Shown here piece by piece: positions 53,838 through 64,000 of a DNA stretch of 64,000 nucleotides (positions are counted from its first letter, which is position 1; every line of letters begins with the position of its first letter). Location: NCBI GenBank assembly GCA_903929315.1, contig CAIYUC010000066.1, positions 10,523-74,522 of the forward strand. Reading direction: 5' to 3'. The notes beneath the pieces are model-generated. The model saw only the letters and a program-made list of their open reading frames with translations, was not told the DNA's origin and ran no database searches. The DNA is from an uncultured Bacteroidales bacterium. Lineage in GTDB: Bacteria; Bacteroidota; Bacteroidia; Bacteroidales; FEN-979. The position numbers were made by a program, and so were the translations under genes.

Positions 53838-55429
53838 AACCTTTAAAATTATCAAAGGAAAAAGAAATAGAATTTTTTGTTCTTTGTATTTGGTTGTTCC
53901 TTATTCGAATAGCCATCCCCTTTGCTAAATATTTATTTGTTCCTTATTTTATCGTCTTTTTTACCTATACGATTATCAAAGCCTTCCCGGTTCGTGATAG
54001 AAAAAAGTCCCCAATCTATTCTTCCCGTGTTTTTTCAGCTTTCCTGCTGATTTGCCTGTTCTTTTTAATTGGTGTTTTGCGTTCCTCAAGATTTGATTTC
54101 TATTTCCTTAAAGAAGGCCTTGCTATGTTTGTCCTGATATGTATCGGGATTATGGCATTCTCTTTTATTAAAAATGAGGATGATTTTAAGTCATTTACCA
54201 GGATATTCATGAGACAATTGTTGGCCTTTTGCATCTTTATTTGCTTCTTCAGCCTGGTAAAATTGTTTTTCCTTCTCAGGGGCGTGAAATTTGGATTTTT
54301 ATATAATCTGAACGGGTTATACCCAAATGGTACCTCATTGGTGATTGATTATAATTTTTATGCACTGGTTAACATTCTTGGAATCGTCACAGCTTCTTTT
54401 TTGCTTATAAGAGAAAGATCGACGGGGCGTTCTGCATTAATTCAGCTGCTGATTTTTGGTTTGATTTTTAATGTGATGTTTTCCACATCGAGAAGGGGAA
54501 TCATTGTCCTGACCTTAATGATCCTGTTTTTATTCATTATTTTCCTCTTTGGTTGGCTGGCGAAAAAGGGAACATGGATGGCCATCCTTTCCGGAAAATT
54601 GAGGTTTGTTTTTATATTCTTTTTCGGTTTTATATTTCTTCTGACCATCTTCTTATCTCAAAGGCCATTTCATTCAAGATCGTCCCTGTATATCAGCTTA
54701 GGATTTGACAGAACAATCAGCAGGGAACTTCTTTATAAGTGCGCGATGAGATACTTCACAATTATAGAACCACAATTTCAAGATACGACAACGGATCAGT
54801 ATTTTAGAATGTTCAGGAAGACAGGACAAATCGGAGGGCTGAATAAAATTTTCGAGATCAACAAGAAATCAACAGTTCTATTTCCGGAGGATTCATTGAA
54901 GTTTAAAATTCCGAAACAACAAAAGGGAGGAACTTATTTCAGTGATATACTCAATGATCCGGATAACCTGTTTTCCGGTGGGCGCCTTCAGCGGGTTACT
55001 TTTGGGATAAAGATTTACACAGAACAATATTCCACTTTGCAGAAAATTGTTGGAGGAGGATTCGATTATCTCTGGGATTTCGGTCATGAATTTTATCACA
55101 GGAACAATGATCGGTTTTTTTTTGATTATCCCCACAATCCTATTCTTTCCGCTTTTCTTTATTCAGGGATTCTAGGAGGATTAAGCCTGGTGTATTTTTT
55201 CTGTATGACCATATTAAATTTTATCAGGGGTTTCAGAAGTCTTATTTATTTTATCTGCTTGTACGTCATTATTTTCATTTTTGCTTTCTTCAGTGCTGAC
55301 AGTATTTTTGGGAATCCTGAATTTGTCTTTGTTTCCCTCGTCCCTTTTTACTTTAATGTAGTTAAATACAAAAATAATCAAAAAAGGCGGTTTATTTTTG
55401 AGAAACATGACAGTCCTCTATTATCCTGA
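53834..55429 (+). CDS. O-antigen polymerase/ligase-like polytopic membrane protein
   Basis: Many TM helices. The Wzy_C-like motif YPHNPILSAFLYSGILGG lies after a large loop. The start overlaps the flippase stop (ATGA). Confidence 0.65.
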   Translation: MKPLKLSKEKEIEFFVLCIWLFLIRIAIPFAKYLFVPYFIVFFTYTIIKAFPVRDRKKSPIYSSRVFSAFLLICLFFLIGVLRSSRFDFYFLKEGLAMFVLICIGIMAFSFIKNEDDFKSFTRIFMRQLLAFCIFICFFSLVKLFFLLRGVKFGFLYNLNGLYPNGTSLVIDYNFYALVNILGIVTASFLLIRERSTGRSALIQLLIFGLIFNVMFSTSRRGIIVLTLMILFLFIIFLFGWLAKKGTWMAILSGKLRFVFIFFFGFIFLLTIFLSQRPFHSRSSLYISLGFDRTISRELLYKCAMRYFTIIEPQFQDTTTDQYFRMFRKTGQIGGLNKIFEINKKSTVLFPEDSLKFKIPKQQKGGTYFSDILNDPDNLFSGGRLQRVTFGIKIYTEQYSTLQKIVGGGFDYLWDFGHEFYHRNNDRFFFDYPHNPILSAFLYSGILGGLSLVYFFCMTILNFIRGFRSLIYFICLYVIIFIFAFFSADSIFGNPEFVFVSLVPFYFNVVKYKNNQKRRFIFEKHDSPLLS

Positions 55430-56534
55430 CCACTCTTTCAATATCCGCTGTTTGAAGATTTGATCCGGATGGTAAGCAAAGTCCCTTATTAAAAAGATTT
55501 TCAGAAACTCCATTTACATAGGCAGGCAACTTCCTGAAAACCGGTTGCAGATGCATGGGTTTCCAAAGAGGTCTTGATTCGATATTATCCTCTGCCAATG
55601 CGAGCCGGATTATTTCCCGGTTAAGTTTTCGTGTCGGCTTTTCTATCACAAATGTCGTGAGCCAGTAATTTGAATAGTAAGCTTTATCCGTTTCAGTAAG
55701 AAACGTTATATCATGAATATCAGACAATAATTCGCGATATAAAGCATTATTCCGGCGATGAGCGGCAATTCTTTCTCCAATCACTTCCAGCTGCCCTCTG
55801 CCAATACCTGCAAGGATGTTGCTCATCCGGTAATTGTACCCGATCTGGCTGTGTTCATAATGTGTTGATTTATCCCGTGCTTGTGATGCAAGGAATTTAG
55901 CTTTGCAGATATATTCCTCATTATTCGAGATCAAAGCACCCCCTCCGGATGTAGTAATGATTTTATTCCCATTGAACGACAAGGTCCCCAGGATGCCCAG
56001 AGTTCCGCAGCTTATTCCATTATACTTACTGCCAAATGCCTCGGCCGCATCCTCAATAACAGGAATATCATGATTTCGCGCAATCGTTAAAATACTTTGC
56101 ATATTGGCAGGCATACCATAAAGATGAGTTACCAGGATAGCTTTTGGTTTTTTGTTTTTACTCATCCTGTCTGTGATAGCCTTTTCCAGTAATAAAGGAT
56201 CCATATTCCAGGTATCCGGTTCGCAGTCGATAAGAATTGGAGTTGCACCTTGGTAAACGATGGGATTAATCGTAGCTGAAAATGTGAAACTCGAAACCAG
56301 GACATCATCACCCTTCTTTATACCCAGGATGATTAAAGCAAGATGAATAGCAGCCGTTCCTGAATTGGTTGCAGTAACATGATTGATTTTCAAATATTCT
56401 CCGAGTTCTTTTTCAAAAGCATCAACGTTTGGCCCTAAAGGTGCAATCCAATTGGTATCAAATGCTTCCTGAATGTATTTCTGTTCGCGCCCGCTCATGT
56501 GAGGCGACGACAACCAAATCCTAGTACTCATCAA
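55392..56534 (-). CDS. DegT/DnrJ/EryC1/StrS-family sugar aminotransferase
   Basis: 380 aa. The PLP-lysine region is SFNGNKIITTSGGGAL, and the N-terminus reads SSPHMSGREQKYIQEAFDTNWIAPLGP. Confidence 0.9.
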   Translation of the reverse strand: MMSTRIWLSSPHMSGREQKYIQEAFDTNWIAPLGPNVDAFEKELGEYLKINHVTATNSGTAAIHLALIILGIKKGDDVLVSSFTFSATINPIVYQGATPILIDCEPDTWNMDPLLLEKAITDRMSKNKKPKAILVTHLYGMPANMQSILTIARNHDIPVIEDAAEAFGSKYNGISCGTLGILGTLSFNGNKIITTSGGGALISNNEEYICKAKFLASQARDKSTHYEHSQIGYNYRMSNILAGIGRGQLEVIGERIAAHRRNNALYRELLSDIHDITFLTETDKAYYSNYWLTTFVIEKPTRKLNREIIRLALAEDNIESRPLWKPMHLQPVFRKLPAYVNGVSENLFNKGLCLPSGSNLQTADIERVVRIIEDCHVSQK

Positions 56535-57129
56535 TTTTCTTCCTTATTAAGGTATAATAGATTAGTTTTATATCCTCAAGTAATGAGTACCTTTCAAGGT
56601 ACTTCAAATTAACTTTCACTTTATCCGGAAATATAACTTCGTCATTATATTTTACAGGGTCCGGAACATTGGCCAGGATCTCTTCTTCATCAATATATTT
56701 GAGTGTGGCAGGGCCTGTTATTCCGGGTCGTAAACTAAGGATTTTTCTGCCTTCCTCGCTAAGACTCTCAGCATAACCTGGCATATCCGGCCTCGGGCCG
56801 ACAAAGCTCATATCTCCTCGTAATACATTAAATAACTCTGGTAATTCATCAAGTTTCCATCTTCTTAGAAAGGCACCCTCCGGTGTGATACGGTAATCTT
56901 TACTTGTTGAGACGGTGTTCGTGTCAATATTTTCATACATTGTACGAAACTTGAATATCGTAAATAACCTGCCGTCTTTCCCTGTCCTTTTTTGTTTGAA
57001 TATAAGCGGGTTACCTGTCCTGACCCTCATGACAATTGAGATGATCAGAAAAACAGGTATTAACAAGATAATGGCCAGCAATGCAAATATACGGTCGAAA
57101 AAATATTTAACACCGCTTCTGAATCCCAT
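56521..57129 (-). CDS. Undecaprenyl-phosphate sugar phosphotransferase (bacterial sugar transferase, PglC/WbaP C-terminal type)
   Basis: One TM segment, then PLIFKQKRTGKDGRLFTIFKFRTM, DELPELFNVLRGDMSFVGPRP and PGITG. Confidence 0.9.
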   Translation of the reverse strand: MGFRSGVKYFFDRIFALLAIILLIPVFLIISIVMRVRTGNPLIFKQKRTGKDGRLFTIFKFRTMYENIDTNTVSTSKDYRITPEGAFLRRWKLDELPELFNVLRGDMSFVGPRPDMPGYAESLSEEGRKILSLRPGITGPATLKYIDEEEILANVPDPVKYNDEVIFPDKVKVNLKYLERYSLLEDIKLIYYTLIRKKIDEY

Positions 57130-57236
57130 TTAGTCTATTTTTAAAGAAATATTAATTAAAATCAGGTAAAACCCACATCGCTCGTTATGAATCTTAATAC
57201 AAAACCTGTTCAAAGAACCAACCACAAAAATAACAC

Positions 57237-57244
57237 TATCTTTG
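57237..57244 (+). promoter_or_regulatory. Bacteroidota-type -7 box TATCTTTG
   Basis: Matches TAnnTTTG, 15 nt upstream of the ATG at 57260. Confidence 0.4.
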
Positions 57245-57259
57245 ACAGGTATTTTAGGC

Positions 57260-58537
57260 ATGGATAAGATTTCCTCAAGACATATCATACACCAGCGAAT
57301 TTTCTATTATTGCTGTATTGCACTCGTTTTTTTATTGCCCGTCTATGGCAGATTAATTCCTCCCATTATTGCGGTAATGACGATGAACTGGTTAATTGAA
57401 GGCCGGTTCGTTAAAATATTTCCGCAGATTTTTAAAGATCCCAGAAAATGGTGGACATTTTCATTCTCGCTGATTTACTTATTGTATCTGGTTGGACTGC
57501 TTTATAGCAGCAATTTTCAATATGGGTGGTTTGATCTCGAGATCAAGTTATCTCTTTTCCTGTTTCCTTTATTGTTTTCCACCCTCGATGAATCTGTATT
57601 TGATCCGGCGAAGATCAAATTTATTTGTAAAATGTTTGTTCTGGGTTGTTTTACAGGATCCATCATTCTACTTATCCATGCATTGTTCAGTAAATTATTA
57701 TATAACACTGAAGATTCCTTTGTTTATTCAAATCTTTCATGGTCGTTTCATCCCAGTTATTTTGCCACCTATCTCGCCTTCGCGATTGCGATCATAGCGG
57801 ATTTTGTATTCTTAAACTACAATAAGATGACGGTACAAGCCAGGGCAGGTTTGATGATCCTTGTCCTGTTCTTTTTTGCAATCGTGTTTCTCCTTAGCTC
57901 CAAAGCAGGAATTGGAAGTTTAATTCTCATCACTGTACTTTATATTTTATTTGTAATGTTCAGAAAAAAGATGTTTAGATTGGGTATCAGTCTGATTATT
58001 ATTTCCACTTTGTGTTTTTATGCTGCATTCAATTTGTTCCCATACGTTGTAATGCGGATCACTAAATCAAACACTATCACCACCCTCAATGAAAGTTCCA
58101 TGCGCAGTGACACCAGTAGTACATCTGAACGGCTCGTCATATGGAAAACCTCATGGGAGATCATAAAACAGCATTTTATTTTTGGAGTCGGCACGGGGGA
58201 TGTAAAAGATGAACTCATGAAGAAATACAAAGAGAAAAACCTGCAGGCCCTGTTTGAACACAAGCTAAATACCCATAATCAATACCTTGAAACATTCATA
58301 GCATTGGGAATTATTGGATTTCTCGCTTTACTTGCGATGCTCATCTTACCCGGTATCCGAGCTATCCGGACAGGGAATTATCTTTATTTTGTTTTCCTTA
58401 TGATTTTCAGTTTTAATATTCTTGTCGAATCCATGCTTGAAATACAAGCGGGGGTTGTTTTTTTTGCTTTTTTCAATAGTTTTTTCTTCTGGACCGGCAA
58501 TGGGTGGGTAAAATTACCTTATAATTCAATAAAATGA
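57260..58537 (+). CDS. O-antigen ligase-family membrane protein
   Basis: The ATG at 57260 is preferred; the track start is TTG. It is polytopic. The Wzy_C motif is GVGTGD...NTHNQYLETFIALGIIGF. Confidence 0.75.
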   Translation: MDKISSRHIIHQRIFYYCCIALVFLLPVYGRLIPPIIAVMTMNWLIEGRFVKIFPQIFKDPRKWWTFSFSLIYLLYLVGLLYSSNFQYGWFDLEIKLSLFLFPLLFSTLDESVFDPAKIKFICKMFVLGCFTGSIILLIHALFSKLLYNTEDSFVYSNLSWSFHPSYFATYLAFAIAIIADFVFLNYNKMTVQARAGLMILVLFFFAIVFLLSSKAGIGSLILITVLYILFVMFRKKMFRLGISLIIISTLCFYAAFNLFPYVVMRITKSNTITTLNESSMRSDTSSTSERLVIWKTSWEIIKQHFIFGVGTGDVKDELMKKYKEKNLQALFEHKLNTHNQYLETFIALGIIGFLALLAMLILPGIRAIRTGNYLYFVFLMIFSFNILVESMLEIQAGVVFFAFFNSFFFWTGNGWVKLPYNSIK

Positions 58538-59523
58538 CTTTTGTATCCATTCTTATACCGGCCAGGAATGAAGAAAACTTTATTGCTGCCTGCCTCAATT
58601 CCGTCGTTCAAAACGATTATCCATCAGATAAAATTGAAATATTGGTGATCGATGGGATGAGCACCGACAGAACACGGGAAATTGTTAAAGAGTATATAAT
58701 TAAATTCCCGAATATCCGGCTTATTGAGAACCCTGAAAAAACATTTCCTTGTGCCGTTAATATCGGGATCAGGGAGAGTGCCGGAGAGGTCATTATGATA
58801 CTTGGTGCGCATGCTATTTACGATAGTCGTTATATTTCATTATGCGTCTACCATCTGTTAAATACTGATGCTGACAATACCGGTGGGGTATTGGAGACCA
58901 TCGGGCAGAATGAAAGTTTCATAGGGAAAGCAATTACCCTTGTTCTTACTAATCCATTCGGAGTCGGTAATGCGACCTTCCGGACGGGAAGCAAAACCAT
59001 CCGGGAAGTAGATACTGTTTTTGGAGGATGTTACAGACGAAGTGTGTTTGAAAAGATCGGTTTATTTAATGAGAACCTTGTAAGCTCTTCCGATATCGAG
59101 TTTAACAAACGGCTTCGGTTTGCCGGAGGTAAGATTTTACTTGACCCTGCGATTAAAGCAACCTATTATACAAGATCCACTTTCAGGAAATTTATGAGAA
59201 ATAATTTCAGGAATGGGTTTTGGGTTATTTATCCTCTAAAATTTGTCAGACACATCCCGGTCTCATTAAGGCATTTTATTCCATTGATTTTTTTGTGCGG
59301 GCTCACAGGCTCATTGATATTATCATGTCTTCTCCCGGTTTTCTTTTGGCTTTTCCCGGGCATTCTCATAATTTATTTTCTTACCGGTTTTTATTTTTCA
59401 TCGAAAAGCGTCTCTCATGGTTTTTTCATTTTTCTGGTTTTACCCTTTTTATTTTTCCTTCTTCACTTTTCTTACGGCCTCGGATCTCTTTGGGCGTTTA
59501 TCAATTTAGGGATAAAAAAATAG
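58534..59523 (+). CDS. Family 2 glycosyltransferase with C-terminal TM helices
   Basis: VSILIPARNEE, the DxD-like VIDGMSTD, and two or three hydrophobic helices at the C-terminus. Confidence 0.85.
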   Translation: MTFVSILIPARNEENFIAACLNSVVQNDYPSDKIEILVIDGMSTDRTREIVKEYIIKFPNIRLIENPEKTFPCAVNIGIRESAGEVIMILGAHAIYDSRYISLCVYHLLNTDADNTGGVLETIGQNESFIGKAITLVLTNPFGVGNATFRTGSKTIREVDTVFGGCYRRSVFEKIGLFNENLVSSSDIEFNKRLRFAGGKILLDPAIKATYYTRSTFRKFMRNNFRNGFWVIYPLKFVRHIPVSLRHFIPLIFLCGLTGSLILSCLLPVFFWLFPGILIIYFLTGFYFSSKSVSHGFFIFLVLPFLFFLLHFSYGLGSLWAFINLGIKK

Positions 59524-59546
59524 GGACACAATATTTTGCGTCCCTA
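59521..59546. terminator. Bidirectional stem-loop between convergent genes
   Basis: tagggac-acaatattttgc-gtcccta. It is flanked by aaaaaaa on the left and tttg on the right, so a U-tract exists mainly for the minus-strand gdhA transcript. Confidence 0.5.
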
Positions 59547-59570
59547 TTTGATAATGAAAAAGAGTAATTC

Positions 59571-60941
<1,371 letters not shown>

Positions 60942-60960
60942 TTAGAATTAATAAATTAAG

Positions 60961-60976
60961 TGTGAAATTGTTCACA
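60961..60976. promoter_or_regulatory. CRP/FNR-type palindrome TGTGA-N6-TCACA
   Basis: TGTGAAATTGTTCACA lies 32 nt upstream of the gdhA ATG, in the divergent gap shared with the PEP-binding kinase gene. Confidence 0.4.
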
Positions 60977-61189
60977 ATATTAAGGAAAATATTTTAACTG
61001 GTATCTATACTCCACTGGATTTTTTTTTGATTATCCCCTTAAAGCTAAATAAATGAGGTAGATACGTATAAGAAGTCAAGTATGTCAATAGATCATTCTT
61101 ATTCATCAGATTTTTTTTAGGAACAAACTTATTATTAATTTTACGGCCCATCCTCAGAGATTTGTAGGTTTTTTTGAAAGCATTCATTC

Positions 61190-64000
61190 ATGCAAACGAA
61201 CGATAATACGGATAAAGCAACAGAAGATGTTGCCGGGTCAGTTGATTTGGAAAAACTTGTCTACGACAATCGTGAACGATTAAAAGAGTTAGCTGCCATC
61301 AACGAGACCACTACTATTATCAAAAAAAACAATCCGGTTCCGGAAACGCTTAATGAAATTTGCCAGGTGCTTCCTGAAGCATGGCAATATCCCGAATCTA
61401 CCAGTGCCCGGATCCTGTTCGAAGAAATGTTATTCACCAGTACGGATTTCGTTGAAACACAATGGAAACAGGAACAAACATTTGAGACCATCGACAATCA
61501 GCACGGCCGGATCGAAATATTTTATTCAAAAGAATTTCCTGACATGGATGAAGGTCCTTTCCTTAAAGAAGAACGAAATCTTATCATTAATCTGGCCAGT
61601 CTGATCGAGGGTTTTTTAAATGGAGTAAAGGGGAAAGAAGGTCGTTATATTACCGGTGAAAGATTAAAAGAACTGGCAGCTATTAATCAAACCACAAATA
61701 TATTACGCACGGGTGTACCGATTGAAGAAGCCCTTCACCAGATCTGTTTAATTGTTCCTAAGGCCTGGCAATACCCTGATTATACTGTATGCAGGATCCG
61801 TTATGGCAAATTTGAAATAACAACTCCCGGTTTCCGTGAAACAACCTGGTGTCAGAAACAGCCTTTTGAATCCATTGATAACCAGGAAGGTTCCATCGAG
61901 ATTTATTATTTAAAAGCTTTTTCCTCCTCATACGAAGGTCCATTTCTTGAAGAAGAGCGTCATCTCATAATCAACTTGGCTAATCTTATCACGGGTTATC
62001 TTAATGGCATTAAAGGGAAGGCAATTCTGAGAAAATCAATTGAAAAGGAATCTCCATTAAAAAAACCCGGTCCATCTGATTCTGTTAAATACAGCAGGCA
62101 GTTATTGCAGACATTCTTAAACAGGACGAATTATAACCGTGATATCTACCATGATCTCATGCCATTCAAAGTCAAGGAAATCCTGCTTGTGGCTAATTTA
62201 TATGACGCGTATAGCATCGAAAAAGAAGGACGGTTTTCGGAGCATGTACTTGGTGAGTTTTACCAGCTCAGCCTAAGTACAATGCCACGTATTACAGGAG
62301 TTTCCACAACAGAAGAGGTTTTCGAGCAGATCAATTCAAAGCATTATGATCTCGTTATCATTATGATGGGTGTCGATAAGCAATTCCCTTTGGACCTCAG
62401 TAAGCAGATCAAGGAACAATATCAGTATATCCCGGTTTTCCTTTTACTGAACAGTAATACTGACATCGCTTTATTCAACGACGATCAGGACAAACTCACC
62501 TGGATTGACCGGGTGTTCGTATGGAATGGTGATTCGAAGATCTTTTTTGCCATGATCAACTACCTTGAGGATAAGATCAACGTTGAGAATGATACAAATA
62601 TCGGTATGGTGCGGGTTATCCTTCTTGTTGAAGATTCGCCTAAGTATTATTCTCTTTATCTCCCCATGTTGTATAATATTGTCCTCGAACAGACCAAACA
62701 TATTATTGAGGACGTGACTACCGATGCGTTGTATCGTATTCTGAGATTAAAAGCCCGCCCGAAGATCCTGCTTGCTTCAACCTATGAAGAAGCTTTATTC
62801 ATTTTCAACAAGTACAAAGATTATATGCTTTGCCTGATTTCAGATGTAAGGTTTAAAAAAGACGGCAGGCAGAATGATACGGCCGGGATCAGCTTGGTCT
62901 GGCAAACAAGAAATGACATTAAAGATCTGCCGATTGTCCTGCAATCTTCCCATGATGAAAATGCAATCAAAGCATATGAGCTTAAAACATCTTTTATTAA
63001 TAAAAATTCGGAAACACTTTTACTTGAGTTTAGAAGCTTTATTACCCATTACCTTGGTTTTGGAAACTTTATCTATCGTGACAAAGAAGGGCGTCAGATT
63101 GAAGTTGCAAAATCCCTGAAAGAATTTGCAGATTTGTTAAAGATAATTCCGGAAGAATCGCTTTTGTACCATGCCCGGAAAGATCATTTCTCTCTCTGGT
63201 TAATGGCCCGTGGCGAGATACAGGTGGCTAAGATATTGAATCCGGCAAAAGTTACAGATTTTAAGGATCCGGAAAGCCTTCGTGAATACCTGATACATGT
63301 GATTCAGCATTTCAGGAATGAACAAAACATAGGGAAAGTTATCCCTTTTGAAGAATCTGCCATTTCTGACGAGCATAACATTCTCACTCTCACTGAAGGC
63401 TCTCTGGGAGGAAAAGGACGTGGTCTGGCTTTTATCAATACCCTGATCTATAATTATGATTTTTCACGGCATATTCCCAATATTAACATCAGGACTCCGA
63501 TAACCTCAATAATTGGTACAGACGAATTCGAGTATTTCCTCGACATGAACAAACTTAGGGAAAAAGCCCTGTATGAAGATAATTATCAAAAGATCAGGGA
63601 ATGTTTCATGGAAGGAAGGTTGACAGATACGCTGATCAGGAAACTTAAAATGATCATCAATTGTGTCGGGAAACCACTCGCCGTAAGATCATCGGGTTTG
63701 TTCGAGGATTCACTTAACCAGCCTTTTGCAGGGATCTTTGAAACCTATATGATCCCGAATCATCACCCGGATCCTAAAGTCAGGCTTGAACAGCTTATGA
63801 ATGCGATCAAACTGGTATATGCATCGGTCTATTCCCCGGTGGCCAAGGCATACATCAATGCCATTAACTACAAGATCGAACAGGAAAAGATGGCGATAGT
63901 TTTACAGGAGGTAGTGGGAAATCAATATGAAGATGTGTATTATCCGCATATCAGCGGTGTTGCCCAATCATATAATTATTATCCGTTTGCCCATATGAAA
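61190..64000 (+). CDS. Multidomain PEP/pyruvate-binding (PPDK_N, ATP-grasp) kinase with two tandem sensor modules, a pseudo-receiver and a receiver domain (3' end lies outside the window)
   Basis: The frame is open from the ATG at 61190 to the window end; it is absent from the track because there is no stop. A 128-aa duplication starts ERLKELAAIN at 61274 and again at 61658. The receiver motifs are ILLVEDSP and LCLISDVRF. The PPDK_N motifs are GGKGRGLAF and LAVRSSGLFEDSLNQPFAGIFETY. Confidence 0.85.
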   Translation, partial: MQTNDNTDKATEDVAGSVDLEKLVYDNRERLKELAAINETTTIIKKNNPVPETLNEICQVLPEAWQYPESTSARILFEEMLFTSTDFVETQWKQEQTFETIDNQHGRIEIFYSKEFPDMDEGPFLKEERNLIINLASLIEGFLNGVKGKEGRYITGERLKELAAINQTTNILRTGVPIEEALHQICLIVPKAWQYPDYTVCRIRYGKFEITTPGFRETTWCQKQPFESIDNQEGSIEIYYLKAFSSSYEGPFLEEERHLIINLANLITGYLNGIKGKAILRKSIEKESPLKKPGPSDSVKYSRQLLQTFLNRTNYNRDIYHDLMPFKVKEILLVANLYDAYSIEKEGRFSEHVLGEFYQLSLSTMPRITGVSTTEEVFEQINSKHYDLVIIMMGVDKQFPLDLSKQIKEQYQYIPVFLLLNSNTDIALFNDDQDKLTWIDRVFVWNGDSKIFFAMINYLEDKINVENDTNIGMVRVILLVEDSPKYYSLYLPMLYNIVLEQTKHIIEDVTTDALYRILRLKARPKILLASTYEEALFIFNKYKDYMLCLISDVRFKKDGRQNDTAGISLVWQTRNDIKDLPIVLQSSHDENAIKAYELKTSFINKNSETLLLEFRSFITHYLGFGNFIYRDKEGRQIEVAKSLKEFADLLKIIPEESLLYHARKDHFSLWLMARGEIQVAKILNPAKVTDFKDPESLREYLIHVIQHFRNEQNIGKVIPFEESAISDEHNILTLTEGSLGGKGRGLAFINTLIYNYDFSRHIPNINIRTPITSIIGTDEFEYFLDMNKLREKALYEDNYQKIRECFMEGRLTDTLIRKLKMIINCVGKPLAVRSSGLFEDSLNQPFAGIFETYMIPNHHPDPKVRLEQLMNAIKLVYASVYSPVAKAYINAINYKIEQEKMAIVLQEVVGNQYEDVYYPHISGVAQSYNYYPFAHMK

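Overview
Low-GC chromosomal segment with Bacteroidota hallmarks: gldF-gldG, ten proteins ending in T9SS C-terminal sorting domains, and TAnnTTTG -7 promoter boxes. I can support about 47 protein-coding genes and one tRNA-Val(TAC). There is no rRNA and no CRISPR array. Housekeeping genes (dnaX, upp, mgsA, typA, gdhA, a DEAD-box helicase, a RecD-like helicase, a PfkB kinase, a PlsC-like acyltransferase) are mixed with two clusters of secreted T9SS cargo (10028-16373 and 35881-46452). Also present are a surface-polysaccharide locus (52530-59523), two small toxin-antitoxin pairs (MNT/HepT, DUF4258/DUF2283) and one REP-associated tyrosine transposase bracketed by long nested inverted repeats. I did not find a clear-cut novel multi-gene system. 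Six observations seem most worth a second look. (1) An A8 slippery run two thirds into dnaX has a stop two codons into the -1 frame, like the E. coli tau/gamma site. (2) A T9SS cargo gene is split at a C8 tract into a half with a signal peptide only and a half with a sorting domain only. (3) A family of heptanucleotide-periodic filler arrays occupies many intergenic gaps. (4) The same kind of array occurs twice inside the ORF of a 1170-aa FISUMP-domain protein. (5) The RAYT unit is flanked by nested inverted repeats. (6) A partial PEP/pyruvate-binding kinase carries two tandem sensor modules plus pseudo-REC and REC domains. Four genes are interrupted by single-nucleotide indels at short homopolymers. 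Assembly error is therefore a live alternative for every frameshift-based claim.
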